This document shows positions 23,701 to 38,800 of a DNA stretch of 64,000 nt, piece after piece. The translations under genes were made by a program, and so were the position numbers. The notes under the pieces were generated by a model. The model was not told where the DNA came from. It saw only the letters and a list, made by a program, of their open reading frames with translations, and ran no database searches. Numbering within the stretch: position 1 is the first letter of the stretch; each line of letters begins with the position of its first letter. Source of the DNA: Acanthaster planci (lineage: Eukaryota); contig NW_019091355.1 in NCBI RefSeq assembly GCF_001949145.1, positions 367,720 to 431,719 on the forward strand, given 5' to 3'.

Positions 23701-26700
23701 TCGTTGATATCTTAAAATGATGGTAAACAACCATGGAACTTAGATCAGACAATCAGGTTGATGATGCACCTTATGGCAGGAACACTGTCAATTTGCAAAA
23801 TTCACAAGAAGGAAAGAACACTTGCTAGATTGAATAATCACATGATAAATCTGGTGTACCCTTCCTTATCATAAATACAGATTGATAAATACATTTAACC
23901 AAGCTAGAGACAGGGAAAAAATTAAAATTTCCTGTTTCCTAAATCTTTATATCAGAACTTGATCGACAGCAGATTATAACCATTAATTAATTAACATGAA
24001 AAGTTATTTACTGTTATTGAAGTAATACAGATGATGATGACGATAACTGCGCATCTGTATGAGATACTGAAAAAACACTTGCTGATTTTTCTATTACTGG
24101 ATTAATATTTGAGAAAATGTAAATAATCTGGGACAAGAAAAGACAGTATATGTGCTGGAGGGAAACCAGAGTTAATGAAATGTACAATCTTGCAGTTTTG
24201 TTTGTAAATGAACAAACCGTGAAAATAAAGTGACTGGCCACCCAATTACCCACTCACCATCCACCCAACAAACAAACAAGCCAACACACCTGGATAGCAA
24301 ACTAACCTACGTCATGTCCAAATACACTAATGCAACGAATATGTCAATTGGAATTTACAAGAAATCAACAAACTAAACTAAAAAAATCTGCCCTCAAATG
24401 ATTCTGAACAAAAAAAATCCAGTAACAAACAACTGAACAAGTAAAACAAGATATATGGAACAGAAATCAAATCCAAAGCTGGAACGCTCATTGATCTTCC
24501 TAACCTAAGCTTCTCAAACTCTGTCATTGCTCCTTAATGCTTCAGATGTCAATCAACAACCGTTACATGTACTTCAGCCAGACAGGAAAAATTATAATAA
24601 AAAGCTGAGAGCTACATTGTGGATCACGCTCCAACGCAGTCTTTGGCTTGAGAATCCATTTGGATGTCAAGAAAAAAAATGATCATCACCAAAATTAAAA
24701 AGTGTAAAAAATAAAGCTGTGTAAATTTCAGACCCTGTACACGTATATGTACATTGTGTTATGAAATTCTTCCCTTTAGCAGGTGTTTTAGCTGACCTCT
24801 TATGCTTAGGATTTGTAATCAAATTTAGAGAATAGAATAACTAATTAATGAGATGAGCATGAGCCGATTAATGTCAAGTTGCTGGGGAGTACACGTACAT
24901 GTGTCCATGTATTTTCTAATGAAGCAAATGATGACTGGTCACATCTGTCACTGTGTGATCTATATGCAACACTAAAATAAATTGACTGCCTGAATTTATG
25001 GACGTTGACTGGCCATGGGTGGGCAATGAAAACCACTGCGTCATTCAGTATGTGGATAACATACATGCACATCTACATTGCAACATGATTAGTGTAAATG
25101 CTACAATAGTCCTAATTATGCAACATGCTGGTTCAAAATTTACCAAGAAGCAATTTCCCAGAAAACTTCCCCAAATGCCCAACAGATATCAAAATTTGGA
25201 AGGCCTGAAATTGGACCCCTTCTATCTTGCAACAGTTTCATCCATTAATTTTAGATTTTTGCCCTGCCCAATGTGTATTATAAGAGTGTATTCTCATATT
25301 AATTAACATCTCCTCCGCGCAAATTCATCCTTGAAAATAGTTTCATCCACGCACACAGCCCCTCCATAAACATCTATTATTAATCTCTACACAATCTTCG
25401 AATCATTTGGGTATGTCCCAAGAAGATGTTCATTATAGAAATATTAATGAGTAGACTCCCATCAAAATCCTATGTGTGGATGTGGATGTATGCTGCTCAT
25501 AAATTCATCATACATGTTGTAACCTGCTTCCCCATGCACAACTGAAAAGGATGTCATGTAGAGGGAAGCAACCTCACTGGCCAATCATTGGCCAATCACA
25601 ACACAGAATTAATTAGCAAAGGTTGAAGATCATGGGTTGGCTCTGAATTCTATTTTAGGATGTGCAATAGACTGGTGTAGGTCACATGACAGACTCAGAT
25701 AGATGCAATGGGAAGAAAACCTCTTTTGCAATATTTGACCATAAAATCCCCCAAATAAAACAATGACCATAAATCACTTATAAGTATGTCAAATTGGATT
25801 TTCCAATGTTTTGAAAGGAATGGGTCCACTTTCTACAAAACCTGTCTCTGGTTTATGCTATGCTAAAATTAAAATTTAGGTATCCATTTACCGATACTCT
25901 TCAATAATTATACACACATTTTAGTTTTCTCATGTGCTGCTAAGCTTTCCAGGAATTAAAAATCCCCCCAAATTGAACGTTTTCAAGATTTTCAGAGATT
26001 TCAAGACTTTAGCAGACTTTTTTTTGCCCAGCCATTTGACATGTTTCGAAGGTTTTTCTCACAGGATATTCAAGCAAGCTGACATTCTATTTTCAGAGTT
26101 GCTCTACACAATTGACCATGCACAATTTCATTTCAACATTACGTTGATCATTCTTAAATAAATCTAAAATGATCGTCGTTAGCATCATGTTTAATGCATT
26201 TTCTTAATAAAAAATAAAAGGTAATTTATCTAGATCACTGTGGAACGGATGAAAGTGAACATGTTTCATTAACTCTGATGTCGCCTTGTAACATACTACC
26301 GGCAAGCTTAAAAGATTACATGGTGCTTCATTTTTATCGCTCCTAATAACTAAATACATAAAAGCTGTACAGTCTTTTACGGACCTATTATACATCTAAG
26401 TTACACTTAGATGTATTTCAAGTTGTTTGAATCAAATTTCAAGTGGAATAGAATCTTGTGAAAATTGTCAATTGGAGAAAAGTAAACCATTACATGTACT
26501 GTTTGTTGTTTTGCTGCTGTTACACCTTTTAGAAAAGCACAAAATGATTTGAAGAATAAACATTTCTAGAAGACTAATGTTGGAAAGTTTATCAGAGTCT
26601 TTCTCTAAAACACTCCTCATTTTGTTTGGGGGGGGGTATAAGAGGCCATATGCACACCTTTGATTAATAACTCCTCATATTAAAAAACATTCTCCCAAAG

Positions 26701-27150
26701 CAGTTCATCATTCTACTGGGTCTTTCTCAAACTTTTCACTCAAATTTCCTTTCCTTGTAAAACTGATCAACTGCATGTGTCCCCCCTCCCAAAAAAATGG
26801 TTTGGAGGTTGCACATGATGAGCACTCTATCCTTTCCTGAAATACTGGAACTTTATAAATACATGGAGCAAATATTGGTCAGCAGAATGTTACGGTGTAA
26901 ATATTTTGCTTTTGAAAGTAAACCTCATGGAGTCAGCATACATGCAGCTGCTTGAGCTCACTAAGTGCTGACATTTGAATAAATTTTCCAGTCATTTCAA
27001 GCCAATAAGAACATGTAGTCTGTACAACACTTTTAAAAGGATGCATTTCATGTGAGACTTATTTAGTCTTTTGTGGAATCTGGTTGGTCGGAATGCTTAA
27101 CAGGGATACATCACTGGTCTCCTTGTTTGTTCATCACTGGTTTCCTTCTC

Positions 27151-30100
27151 CTACTTGGTCACATAGCTATTGACAGCTGTAGCATTGCCGGAGCTGTAGC
27201 CTGTAAGCCAATTCATAATGAATGAGAAGTGAGACTTATCAACCCCAAATATCCTGACACATGTATTAGATATGTGCAATAAAATCCCACAGCAATCCAA
27301 GAGTTGCTGTGTACAGGTTGTTTCAGCTGTCAAAACAAGCTGCAGGCAAAACACTGAAACCTGCCCAGGATGCTCTCTGCCATCCACCACCACATTCTGT
27401 TTGTCTTGCAATATTTACATTACCTCACTCTTGATCTAAGCTATGTTTGATTTCACTGCTTTCTAAAATCGACAAGCAACAAATCTGGCAGAGGTTGGAA
27501 TTAGGCAAAAATAATATACATGTAATTACCTGAACAATTGGGTACACCTTACTTGCTAAAATACTGTACTTTAAGTCACAAGCAACCCTTTGATTTAAAG
27601 ATTGAGGAATGTAGCACACTTGTTATCCCAAAATCACCACGCACATTTAATAATTCATGTATAATCACAAATACATGGGTTGGAAACATAATTCTTTCTA
27701 AACTTGAATATCAAATTCAAAGATTGCCCTCAACCAACACATGCCTTGATCATCCCAGCCCATTGAAAATAAGGCAAATCACCATGCAAGTTTTTGTGAC
27801 CATTTCAGGAAGCATCTCAGCTTCCTTTGACATCAGTATCCCAGTTCTATATACTGGCATATTCTTTGCAAAATATCGGTTTTTTTCAAAATTATTTCTT
27901 TGGAACATTTTCATGACTTGTGTAAACTACATATTTTGTGGTTTCATTAACGAGTTTCACTTGAAATATAAAAGTAAGACTATACTGAAAAAATATCCTG
28001 ACCAGCCCATCAAAGTAATCAAAGGCATTAATTTCATTGGCCTAATAGTATAATAAATTTTATAAATGATTTTCAGAAAAGGGAAACTTTTTGTAGGAAG
28101 TATGTAAGTTGAGAGTACCTTGAGAATACAGTGCTAACTGTTACACCAAGGTCCTTGGGACTTGAAGTATTTTGTTCTTGTATTATCAGTAATGGAAAAC
28201 AAAGAAGAAAAACTCAGGACCTAAAATTGTCCCTTGTTATAAACAAGGGATTGTATTAACAGTGTTTTTCTTACCTGTCTAGCGGTGAAACTTAATTTTT
28301 TAATATGAATCACTTGAACATAAATATACCTTGGTACGGTACATACATATCTCTTCATAACGTCTCTCAACAGATGGTTTACATTTTATGAAAAGTGCAT
28401 ATTATGTAAAACACAGGTTTATGCAAAACACAGGTTTATGCACAGTTGGTGACAGGTGTGTTCATTGCATACTCTTTCATTTCCTCACTTTCTTTTACCA
28501 CCCAACACTCATCCCTACCCCAGGGGAAACCCTGATATTTGTATATAAAATATTACTATCTGCTACTTACCTTTTGGTCCAAAATTTCTTCCATAGCACG
28601 TTCTGCAGTAGGGCTTATCATCATGCTGAAATCAATGAGAACAATCAATTACTTGAGTTACAACACTGATACATGTACATATTAGGGGAGGCTACAGGCA
28701 TGATCATGGACCGTTTTGTCTGGTGTAAGGGGGAAAGGTGTGGCTTGAGTGACTTCAGGTCTTATCCTACATGTACATGTAAGGGGAGGCTACAGGCATG
28801 ATCATGGACCGTTTTGTCTGGTGTAAGGGGGAGGGGTGTGGCTTGAGTGACTTCAAGTCTTATCCTACATACATGTCTGTACATGTAAAAATTACTATCC
28901 TGTGGTCACAATTTAAAGTCAGTACGCATCAGTGGTGTAACTGGGGATAAATGTCGGGGTGGGGGACGCTGGGATGCACACATTGTTTCAATGGGGCACC
29001 ACAGGAAAATGAACTGCAGCTGCATAGCTACACGTACATGTATATAAACTCAACAGAGATTATTCACAGATTTCAAATGGGAGGGTTGGGAGGTTACGGG
29101 GGTACAGGCGTCCGGTGTAGTTATGCCACTGGGACACATGAAGCACTGTGGTAGGGTGAGGTTGGCAGGAATGGGTCTGTTGGTTTGATGGGACAGTGAG
29201 GTTAGAGATCTTACCACATTCTGCTTTCCTGGTGTCAAGGTTTGCTTGCAGTCGGCACACTTGAAACATATCTTGTGCCAGTCTCTATTCATAGCAACTA
29301 ACCGCTCAGCTGTGAGAAAAAAAAACCCAAAAACAGTATAAGAGAAGCTAAATTTTGCATTGACTACATACACACTCATGAATAGCAGCCATATTCGTCC
29401 TGTTCCTGAAACAAACTGTGACAACGATGGTACATACATGTATAAACAGTTTCTGTAAAAACGACCTTTCAAATAGAAACAATGACATTAAAATTCCTCA
29501 GAATTGGAAGGTTTTCCTTTGACAAGTTCTTCTTCAGAACAAGACATAATCCCTAAGGAAAACATTGAAGTCCAGTGAGTTGGTATAAGTTAAATGCCCA
29601 CGGACAACCTTGAGAAAAGTTTGAGAATACTGGACTAATAGCGTTATGTGTGATACACCTGTTGGGGGCTCCCGTTATTGACAGTTTGGAAGTGTTTGAA
29701 AGCCTAGACCTGGTGAAGTACATGTACCTACCCTTGGCATACTCAACATCAACCAAGGAAGTCCAGGACAAGAGGACTGTCCTAGGTTTACTTAATTCAT
29801 CACCAGGGTTGATAATTGGTGTATGTGTACAAGCTGCAAATAAACTGTACCAGCAAACAATCTGACTATCTTGAATTAATGAAGGCACCTGCTCCAAACA
29901 CATTTGCCTTATAGTGTCACTTGTTATATTCCCGCTCATGGTTGCATCTTGAAATTTGAAAGTGTCTACTGAGCATTACCTAGCCAGTGATAATTCCTGC
30001 CATTTTCCAAAATGTCTCAAGCTCCTCTGATGTAAACTACATGTAACCAAAATATGAACTTACAAACTGCACTTCAATTTTTACTATGTCCCTGTGTCTG

Positions 30101-33100
30101 TACGTGTACAGCATGAAATTCTCACCTAGGAAATATTTCAGGCAAAACAAGCTTCTATAATGCGAATGGTAAGTTGGCAATAGATACCTGGATACAATCA
30201 TGCAGTGAGTAACCACACCCATTTTTAATGGCTCCAATGCACACAAATTACAAGTACATGTACACTATGTACATTGTACAGTATAATCCCATGGCATGTG
30301 TACAGTCTATTAGCTTGACCCATGGAGCTGTTAAACCGTCTGCTCCATGTTTGACCCTACAAACTCATTGGTAAAGTGACAAGAGCCAAGATTGTATTAT
30401 ACGTCAAACACACCTTATAAATCACCTAAACCCTCTCCAACATACATGGATAAATCATTGAAGTCCTGGCCAGTCAACCAACTTAAAATAATGAGGCTTG
30501 TTTTGGCCAGATACATGCACATGAATTTTTTCATGAGTTTACATTTGGGTGAAGACTGAGATATATGCGCATCAACAGGGACCTGTATGTTCACAGGAAT
30601 CTATGTAATTCTGAATCACAACTAAAATCATTAGAGTTGTATTTTTCAGGTGGAACAATGGAGAGGTACACACTATATGTCTGCCTTCATGAATACTCCA
30701 GGCAGACATGTACAAATGTACATCTACACTGTCAGATTTTCTAACAATGTTCATGTGCTGTTAGTGTAAGATGAAATGAAAATAATATGGCTTTAGTTGA
30801 GACAAGTTTCGTTATCACATGACTGGGTCTGGGACAATGTACGATACAGTACAAATAAAGATAATGGAAAAACAACATTTCACTGTTTAAATAGGGCAAA
30901 GTTTCTTCCCAAAAATATTTCTTGCACACAACAGAACATTCATGACAGTGAACTTATCACGTTTCATTTTAAAAAGGCCTTTATTGACATTGCTTTAAAC
31001 TAACAATGTCCCAAGAGGGTGTGACTTGGCATACTTTGTTGCCAGGCAAGCATAATATGCCCCAAGCATGACTGACTCTCCTCTGACATTGAAATAAAAG
31101 TAGTTTCTGCAATACAACAGGTGTGAAGCACCACACAGATAATGATCAGTAAACTGTACAAGTTTAACAAGTTATGGAATGGGGTAAAAGACACTCCATT
31201 CCAACATCAAGGTAACACATGAAAGCTTGAACAGGTTGCTATGATTTGGATACAAGTTAACCAGTGACTGGTCAGTTAAATTTGGACTAGTCAAGATATC
31301 AACTTGTCACTTATTTCAAAGTTCAAAGAGCCTTGAAAATCTTGGTTAAAGCACGCAGTAAGAATACTGCTTTCTTTTTCTCTATAGTTTTCAAATGATT
31401 ACTTCTTAATTCATTTTTCATTTCAGTATTTGGTCAACATTTCCAACTGAAACAAAATAATTTCAACAAGAAATGCATGGACATGAAATGACAATGTATC
31501 AAATGCAATGTGCATAAATATTGACAACTGTCACAAAAAAGTCAAATTCGTAAAGGAAAATACATGTACATGTATTAAGTATTTGGGAAGCAATTAATTA
31601 AATAAAATGAATAGAAATACAAACATGCTGGTGAGCACAGAAACCATATAACATGCACACATTATAATCAAATTTTCTTAATTTCAGAAGGTTTACGATT
31701 TGAACAGAAGAGACTTGGGATTATAATTTGTTCCCTACATGTGCCTGCATGTTTTTGTACTGTGACAACATAATATTTATGTAATAAACAACATGCATAC
31801 ATGTACTGTATGTTCTTGTACATGTGCAGACTTTTGGGGAGGGAAGGGGGGAAATCACAATGCCACACAACAAAACACAGAATATACATGTACAGTACCG
31901 GTATGTATACCAAGCTGAACTCTCTGGTGACATGCCTCACGTCTGAAGTACAGAAACTGAAACTATGCGCTACTGACTTTGGTGACACTGAATGTTAACT
32001 TGGGGAAGAAGGCTAAAGGTCAAATAACTCTCAGCAGGCAGCCAAGTTCACAAACTCAACAAATTCCAACAAGTTTTAAAAAGGAGATTAGTTCCAAAGA
32101 TTGTATGTGTAGCTCTCCAGTAAGTTCAACATTTCATGATAGGGTAAAGACAAATTGACAATACAAGTACCTTCATAGATGTAAATTTTCATCTTCAGTT
32201 GATAAAGAGCAACAATATTACACTTAAAAGGGGCGCAGGTGTTCCTGTGTTTACATCTTCATGTATCAGTTCAATGTTATTTACTTGATATGATTTATGA
32301 GACACCAACATCCACAAACACTGTACCAGCAGTACATGAGATGCAAAAACTGACTGTCACATACAAGTAGACCTTTGCTTTAGCCTGTATCCTTCTACAT
32401 GTAACTTGTCTTGTAAGCTTTCCTGTTTGGGAAATGCTGAGAAGGCTCAGGTGGTTTTGTCCACAGTGGCTCATTTCATTATTTCCAGACAGATGCAGCA
32501 TCACACTTGTGCTATTGGGAGAGCTGCACAACTGTGTCATTGTAATCTGGCTGAAAAATAGTGATTAATGACACCCCGGTCTTTGCAGCAAAGAAGTCAA
32601 GACAGTGTTAGGCAAACATCTCCCAGACTGGTGTAGTGTTACACACACTGGGACTTGTTTCTGATTTGTCAAATGCACAATATTTCAGAACAGCCAGCAA
32701 AGAATAAGTAGTTTTTCTTAGGGGGAGGGGGAGGTGGTTGAGGATGGACCCTTGGTGGTACTGTTCATTAAAGAAACCATGTACCCACATGTGTGCATTC
32801 TCCACATCCGACTTCCATGTACATTGTAACAATGCAATCTGGGGCGAAAGGAGAAAGATTAAGATGAGGGTGCATCATGGATAGTCAAACCTGGTGGAGC
32901 ATGTGGTTACTCACGATTTATGGCATGTGGTTACATAAGATTCACGCAAGCTTTCCTGCTTTGTGTACATGAGAACCTACAGTGTATATGTGCACATATG
33001 CCACTGCGATAAATTTCTGTACAGAAATTTAACACTACATGTATATTAAATTATCATCAGTCTGCTTGAAATGATTTCTCCTTGGGGTGGTGTACAATGT

Positions 33101-34110
33101 AGGTGCTGATCCAGCAGATACCTTATTTTTAAAAATATTGACAATACAGCAAACTCGACGGACCTTTCAGCTGTATAATGGCCTTGTGTGAGGTTGTACG
33201 TAAAGTCAGTGTCAAACATTCATATTGGTGAAGTGAACCTGAAGCTCAACGCTCACACTAAGCCATGAAAGTCACCATGGAGTGACCTTGAAAGGTACAT
33301 CATGTTGGAATTGAAAAACTTGACAGTTGTACTTCCAAGTAGGTCTACTGTGAGTTGTCCAGAAAATGCCTCATTTTTAGCTGGCTCAGTTGAATTATAT
33401 TTAAATGTTAAGTGATTAATTTGCTTCATGAATGTTTGCTCCATTCAATTGGTGAGTGTTACATTGTTAACTTGATACTTTGATACGAACAGATATAGGT
33501 CTAATTTTACAAAAGGCCTTTTTGGTAGAAACGTTTTTCCAGCTATATTTACCAATCTCTCCATTCCAGACTAAGGCACTGAATATTTCCTGTGGTTACT
33601 ATGCTCTGCCTATGCATTTAGTCATTACAGCATCACATATATGTACACCAAATTAAAATAAACAACAAAAATTGGAACTTCATCTAAATCGACGCTGATA
33701 CTCAGCAACATCCACTTCTGGATATAAATGCCGAGGTTCAGACTCAACCAAGCATGCCATGTGTCAACAGAACTCAGAAGCAAACATGACAGAAACCATT
33801 TTATTTCTGAAATTCACATTTATGAGCACAACTGTACCATATATATACCTATCTAGCTACAAGGTTATAAGCTCTTGCAAGCTCTGGGTCTGATGTTTCT
33901 CGTGTCGTGCAGTTTTGGATAAACATGGCTAGCTGGCTAGTGTACATGGTGTAACATTAGTCAAAATGATCAAGGTCACAAGGCAATTGAGGTGCATCCC
34001 TATTCTCATGCACATTTTTATTTACAAATTAATGATGCAAACCTAGGGTCTAGGCTTCAAAACTTACCAAAGTACACTGGTTTCGTACATCCAGCACAGG
34101 GATTAGCCAT
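27151..34110 (-). CDS. Single-LIM cysteine-rich protein (CRIP / muscle LIM protein-like), 80 aa, 4 coding exons
   Basis: Exons 34110-34068, 29309-29215, 28625-28571, 27200-27151 (243 nt, GT-AG, phases consistent) give MANPCAGCTKPVYFAERLVAMNRDWHKICFKCADCKQTLTPGKQNVHDDKPYCRTCYGRNFGPKGYSSGNATAVNSYVTK*. This is a complete LIM consensus followed by the FGPKG motif of CRIP/CSRP proteins. Confidence 0.93.
28670..28866. repeat. Tandem duplication, 98 bp x2, in a LIM-gene intron
   Basis: TACATGTACAT...AGGGGAGGCTACAGGCATGATCATGGACCGTTTTGTCTGGTGTAAGGGGG...GTCTTATCC at 28670 and 28768, with few differences. Confidence 0.92.
28930..29131. mobile_element. hAT-like MITE
   Basis: TIRs CAGTGGTGTAACT / AGTTATGCCACTG; flanking 8-mers GTACGCAT and GGACACAT (6/8 identical) fit a decayed 8-bp target-site duplication. 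Confidence 0.65.
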
Positions 34111-35160
34111 AATTTACAGGCTCAAGAGTAGCTCTCACGAACACAAAATCCAAAGGTCTTCGTATAACCGCAATGTTTACAACCACTGCGCCAGCTAAAC
34201 ACTTCTTCCACTTGTCCTTGCATGCAAACCGCGTAGCGCGCGTAATTAAAGGCATGGACAGAGACAACCACCTTGTGATTTATTTCCATACAATTTCCAC
34301 TGTAGACGTCTGGAGTCCGGAACATCCATATTCATGACGAATCGAAATTGCACATAAAGAGGGCGCTATTACTTATGCCATAACCCGAATTTGGATAGTT
34401 TGTCATTTTGTAATAGCACATTTCAGTCGGTAGAATTTGGAGGAAAATCATTAATAAAGAACATGGAATTTATTCTTTTTTTGTATTTGGGGGATAATCA
34501 TTTTTTAATGAAACAGTTTTTGCATATTGAAGATATACCTCAAGCTATACATATACTTGGCAATAAATGACTTCAGACAAGGGAAAAAAGAACTTTTAAC
34601 CAATACATTCAGGACAAGCTGGGAATACAGTTCACCATAAAGACTGGATGTGAAGTTTATCTTTGCCTGTTCTAATGAACAAAAAACAAACGAACATACA
34701 TACATTAAACTCACATGTGGGAAACAAAATAAAACCCTAAAGCAAACTAAATAAACACAATACATGCATTGTACACACACCGACACACCAAAAAAAAAAC
34801 CAAACAAATGTGGCGCTCCACAGTACAAACTAAAAAGGAAAGGGGGAAAAAACAGGATCGTCTCCGTGCTGGGTTTCGCCATGGTTTTATTTTTGTAAAC
34901 TTGTAAACGCTCCACATCCCCTCCCTTTGCGTACTGCTTTTGCGAATGCCCTTGATAATGTTACGTTTCGAGACAGCTGGTTTCTTTTCTTGCAGGTACG
35001 TACGTTTACACGAAAGAAAATAGAGGGCGCTATTTACGGACTCCACTGTGAGAGAAAACTAATTAACGGTGAGGTTTCACTTCTGCCCCTCCAAAGAACT
35101 GCTGAGGCATTTGCTCCAAGCGTTATCACCGGGACAAGAAGTAAGGGTTTCATGTAGGTC
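34111..35160. promoter_or_regulatory. Divergent promoter interval between the LIM gene (minus) and ZDHHC6 (plus)
   Basis: CpG-enriched patches at ~34130-34370 and ~34850-35140; AGAGGGCGCT at 34358 and 35022; the two genes point away from this interval. Confidence 0.55.
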
Positions 35161-35822
35161 TTTTCAGGAAAGAAGACATTTCAGTTCAGATTTGCTTGTG
35201 TGATGGGAAATATTCTGTTCAACTTGAAATTAGAACGGGTCCCACCTTGAACTTGACATGCTAAGTCAAATGGCAGATTGAGTGGCAATGATGCATTAGT
35301 TAGTAACCAGTCTCTTCCTACCTCCAGAGCAACGTTGTTGTATAACGGTCTTAGTAGGCGTGGCCCACTACCACGACATATACATACATGTACATGACGT
35401 ATGCCCTAAGCATGACTATGAATAATGGAAGTAGCCACACGGCTTATTCCATAGAAATACATTTCAACTATCTCATAGGTGTAGCCTACATCATTACATG
35501 ATGTATGTAAGACATGTTAAAAAATAAGAGGCACACCAGCTTCTTTCTGAAAAATGATAGGCCCGAACGCGAACTTTAAGGCCTAATTTTCAATCTTTTC
35601 CTACAGTCTTAACCAGTTGAGTGAACTGATTGATTATACACTAGGCCTAACATGATTAATTTATTTTAGAAAGTAGATTTTGGTTTTATTTTGTTGTGTA
35701 CACAGACAGAGCTGACTCCAAGGTTTCTACATACCAGCTAATGCCATGAAGTAGCCAGTGCCAATTTGTTTTGGACTAAACTCTACTCACAACAGTGAGA
35801 CTGATTCCCATTTTACTAAATC

Positions 35823-38800
35823 ATGTGTTTTGGACCGTTACGACGCCTCTGTCACTGGGGGCCATATATCACGCTTTTCTTGGTGTTCTACATCACGGGA
35901 ATGGCGATCCTATGTGACCTGTTCTACTGGCCGCCACATACAGGGAGTATATTCAGCATTGTACACTTCGGGGTGTTGTCTTCCTGGATTTTCTTCATTT
36001 TGTACAATTACTTCCATGCTGTTTTCTATGGACCCGGTTTTGTTCCTCTTGGATGGAAACCAGTAAGTGTACAGTTATGAACCATAATCTTTATCTCACA
36101 GTTTTTGCGATGGATGTTGAGGGTTGGGCTAACGTATATCTAAATGCTCACTGAAATGGTATAGTTTCAGTGTTATTTACATAACAGACATTCAATAAGT
36201 TTTTAGTCAATTTCTTCTTCCGAAGGAGAAGCCAGAAGATGAGAAATATCTCCAATACTGCCACGTCTGTAAGGGATACAAAGCACCAAGGTCCCATCAT
36301 TGTAAATACTGCAAGAGGTAAACAAATAATGTATGCCCCTATATCCCAAATTATTGTATAGCTGTCCATTAACAAAGGATCGCTAAATTGGTTGAGAAGT
36401 GAAGCTGTGTTTCAATGGTTTCCACTTGGTTTAATGTGTTTTTCAAAATGACTGTGGTCTTCCATCAATTTTTTGTGTGTAGGTGCGTGATGAAAATGGA
36501 CCACCACTGTCCTTGGATAAACACCTGTTGTGGTCATCGTAACCATGCCCACTTCACTTACTTCCTCATCTTTGCTCCACTCGGTTGTTTCCATGGTGCT
36601 GTGGTCATTTCTCTTACTATTTACACTGAAATTTTTAAGGTAAAGATGATTTTTTGTGGACTTATCTTTGCAAATTGGTTAACTTTCAATTAATGTTTAC
36701 AACCAATTTTGCAAACTACACTTTTTTGAATGAAATGTGAACAAGGAAGTATTTTGCCTGACATATGCAGGTGAATTGTGGGAAAATATCACTATTGGCT
36801 GTTTCAGTTTTTACTGAATTCTACTTTTTTCCAAGTGCAAAAGTAACAGATTTTAACAGATTTGTGAGTATTCCGATTAACTTCATTGATGTATTCTGTC
36901 ATGTCTTGATACTTATTCAACAGCAATTGTACAGTCCAAAGCAGTACCGTAAACCCAGCAATACCCCCTTAGGTCTGGAGTATGGCTTACCTCAGCTTCT
37001 AATGTCTTTCATCGCAGTGGGCCTTGCCCTGGGTGTGGCTCTCGCCGTCTCATTTTTATTTTTCACTCAGGTCAGTTGGTTTTTAGTTGATTTCTGAAGC
37101 CGCAAGCTGGTCAATTTCTTTTGTTGAGCTTATTTTCTTGTTATTTTACACACAATACATGCATTTGCCAGAAGGTCTACTCTACACTCACTACACGCAT
37201 CACTGATCAGGACAGTGAATATGAGCAAAACTTGATGAACCTTGTAGAAAGTTCTTTATCGCAAGTAAAACTACTGTGTCCAATATATGCCTTTTGTGAT
37301 AGCCTAATTGGTTTGGAGGCTTCACCATTCTTTTCTTTATTCCCTGAACAGATTCGTTCGATTCTGAAGAATGAGAGTGGGATAGAGAATTGGATTGTAG
37401 CAAAAGTGAGTATTGTGAACTTAGCATTATTTCTGCTAGTTTAAACTGTTTCCAACTTAACCCTTTCAGGATATCTCTGCAAATGCAATAGGAGTGGACT
37501 ATTGAGCCGTTACCAACTGTAAATGTATTGACACATACATTGACAATGGTAGTCCAACCCTAAAATCATAAGCCTACATGGTAAATCAGAAATCAAAGAA
37601 ATGAAATCTTTCTCTTATAATGGCTTTGTAAATAAATCTTTTACATGTAACTCCAGTGAACATAAACCAGGTAACAGTGGTGTTCCCCTGATGGAAATAC
37701 CTTTTTTTAATTATGTAAAATAGTAAAATTAAGATACAATACTTAAATACAGAATGCATGTCAAGTTGAAACCACAATACCGCAAGGATTTCATCTCAAG
37801 GTTTTGTTGTTTTAATAACTGAAAGGCACAATACCGCCATCGAAACCTTGAGGAGGAGTTTGTGTATCCATACAACCTGGGACGTAAGAGAAATCTACAG
37901 CAGGTGTTTACATGGCAGGGTCAGCCACAAGGAGATGGCATCACTTGGCCTGTCATAGATGGGTGTACCCAGTACACACTTACAGTGAGTAGAATATTTT
38001 GGTTACTGCTGGAACTAATGCAATCCAGGTGAACCCCTTCAAGGTATTTTTTAAAGTCCATCAGTATACTCCACTGTTTCTCCAACTTGAAACTCCTAGA
38101 AGATTTCAAGTTCATGTTTGAAGAAAGTACAAGTGGTTTCCTACACCATAGTGAATTCTGAAGCTCTTAAGTGGGAGATAAAATATCTGGGGTCTATCCT
38201 TTATGGACTTGGTATTTCAAGGCCATCAGTAACAACTAAGGGTCAGCGCAGTATGCTTGGACACAATTTGGTTTTCTTTTTCCTAGATGGAGCAGATTAT
38301 GCAGAAGCAACTGAAGAAGGAACGAATGGTGAGTGCGATACACGGCCTCATCACAAATCTTCACCTAAAACCTTAGGTCGACTAGACCTTGCAAATCAAT
38401 GCAAATTCTCCACTATGGACTCTACACCACCAGTGGCTGCAGCTGTTGTTAGTTCGTCCATCAGGCAAGACCTAGACATAGCCCTAGGCAACATGCGGCT
38501 GGAAGCTGCTCAGGGGAACCTAGTTAGGTCTTTGTTGACTAGATTTACCTATGAACTGCTGTTCCGACACTCAGGAATGAGTTCACATTTTAGTTGGTGT
38601 AAATTTCAGATTGAGTACATTGCCACTGAGGACTACGAAGGATCATGGTTTCCAATCTCCAAAGGGTGTCGCACTTGCATCTGCATTCCTCTCACAGACG
38701 AGTCACGCATCGAGATTGATGAAGGGGACATCATCATGGTTAGCAGGTGGAAGAAGTAAGTCTGTTAACCTTGCGATTGCATTGTAATTATTTCAAGCCA

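Noticed and set aside
38118..38759. 213-aa ORF as an independent gene
   Set aside because: Only 38610-38755 is in the ZDHHC6 frame; the rest is intron read-through or an out-of-frame exon.
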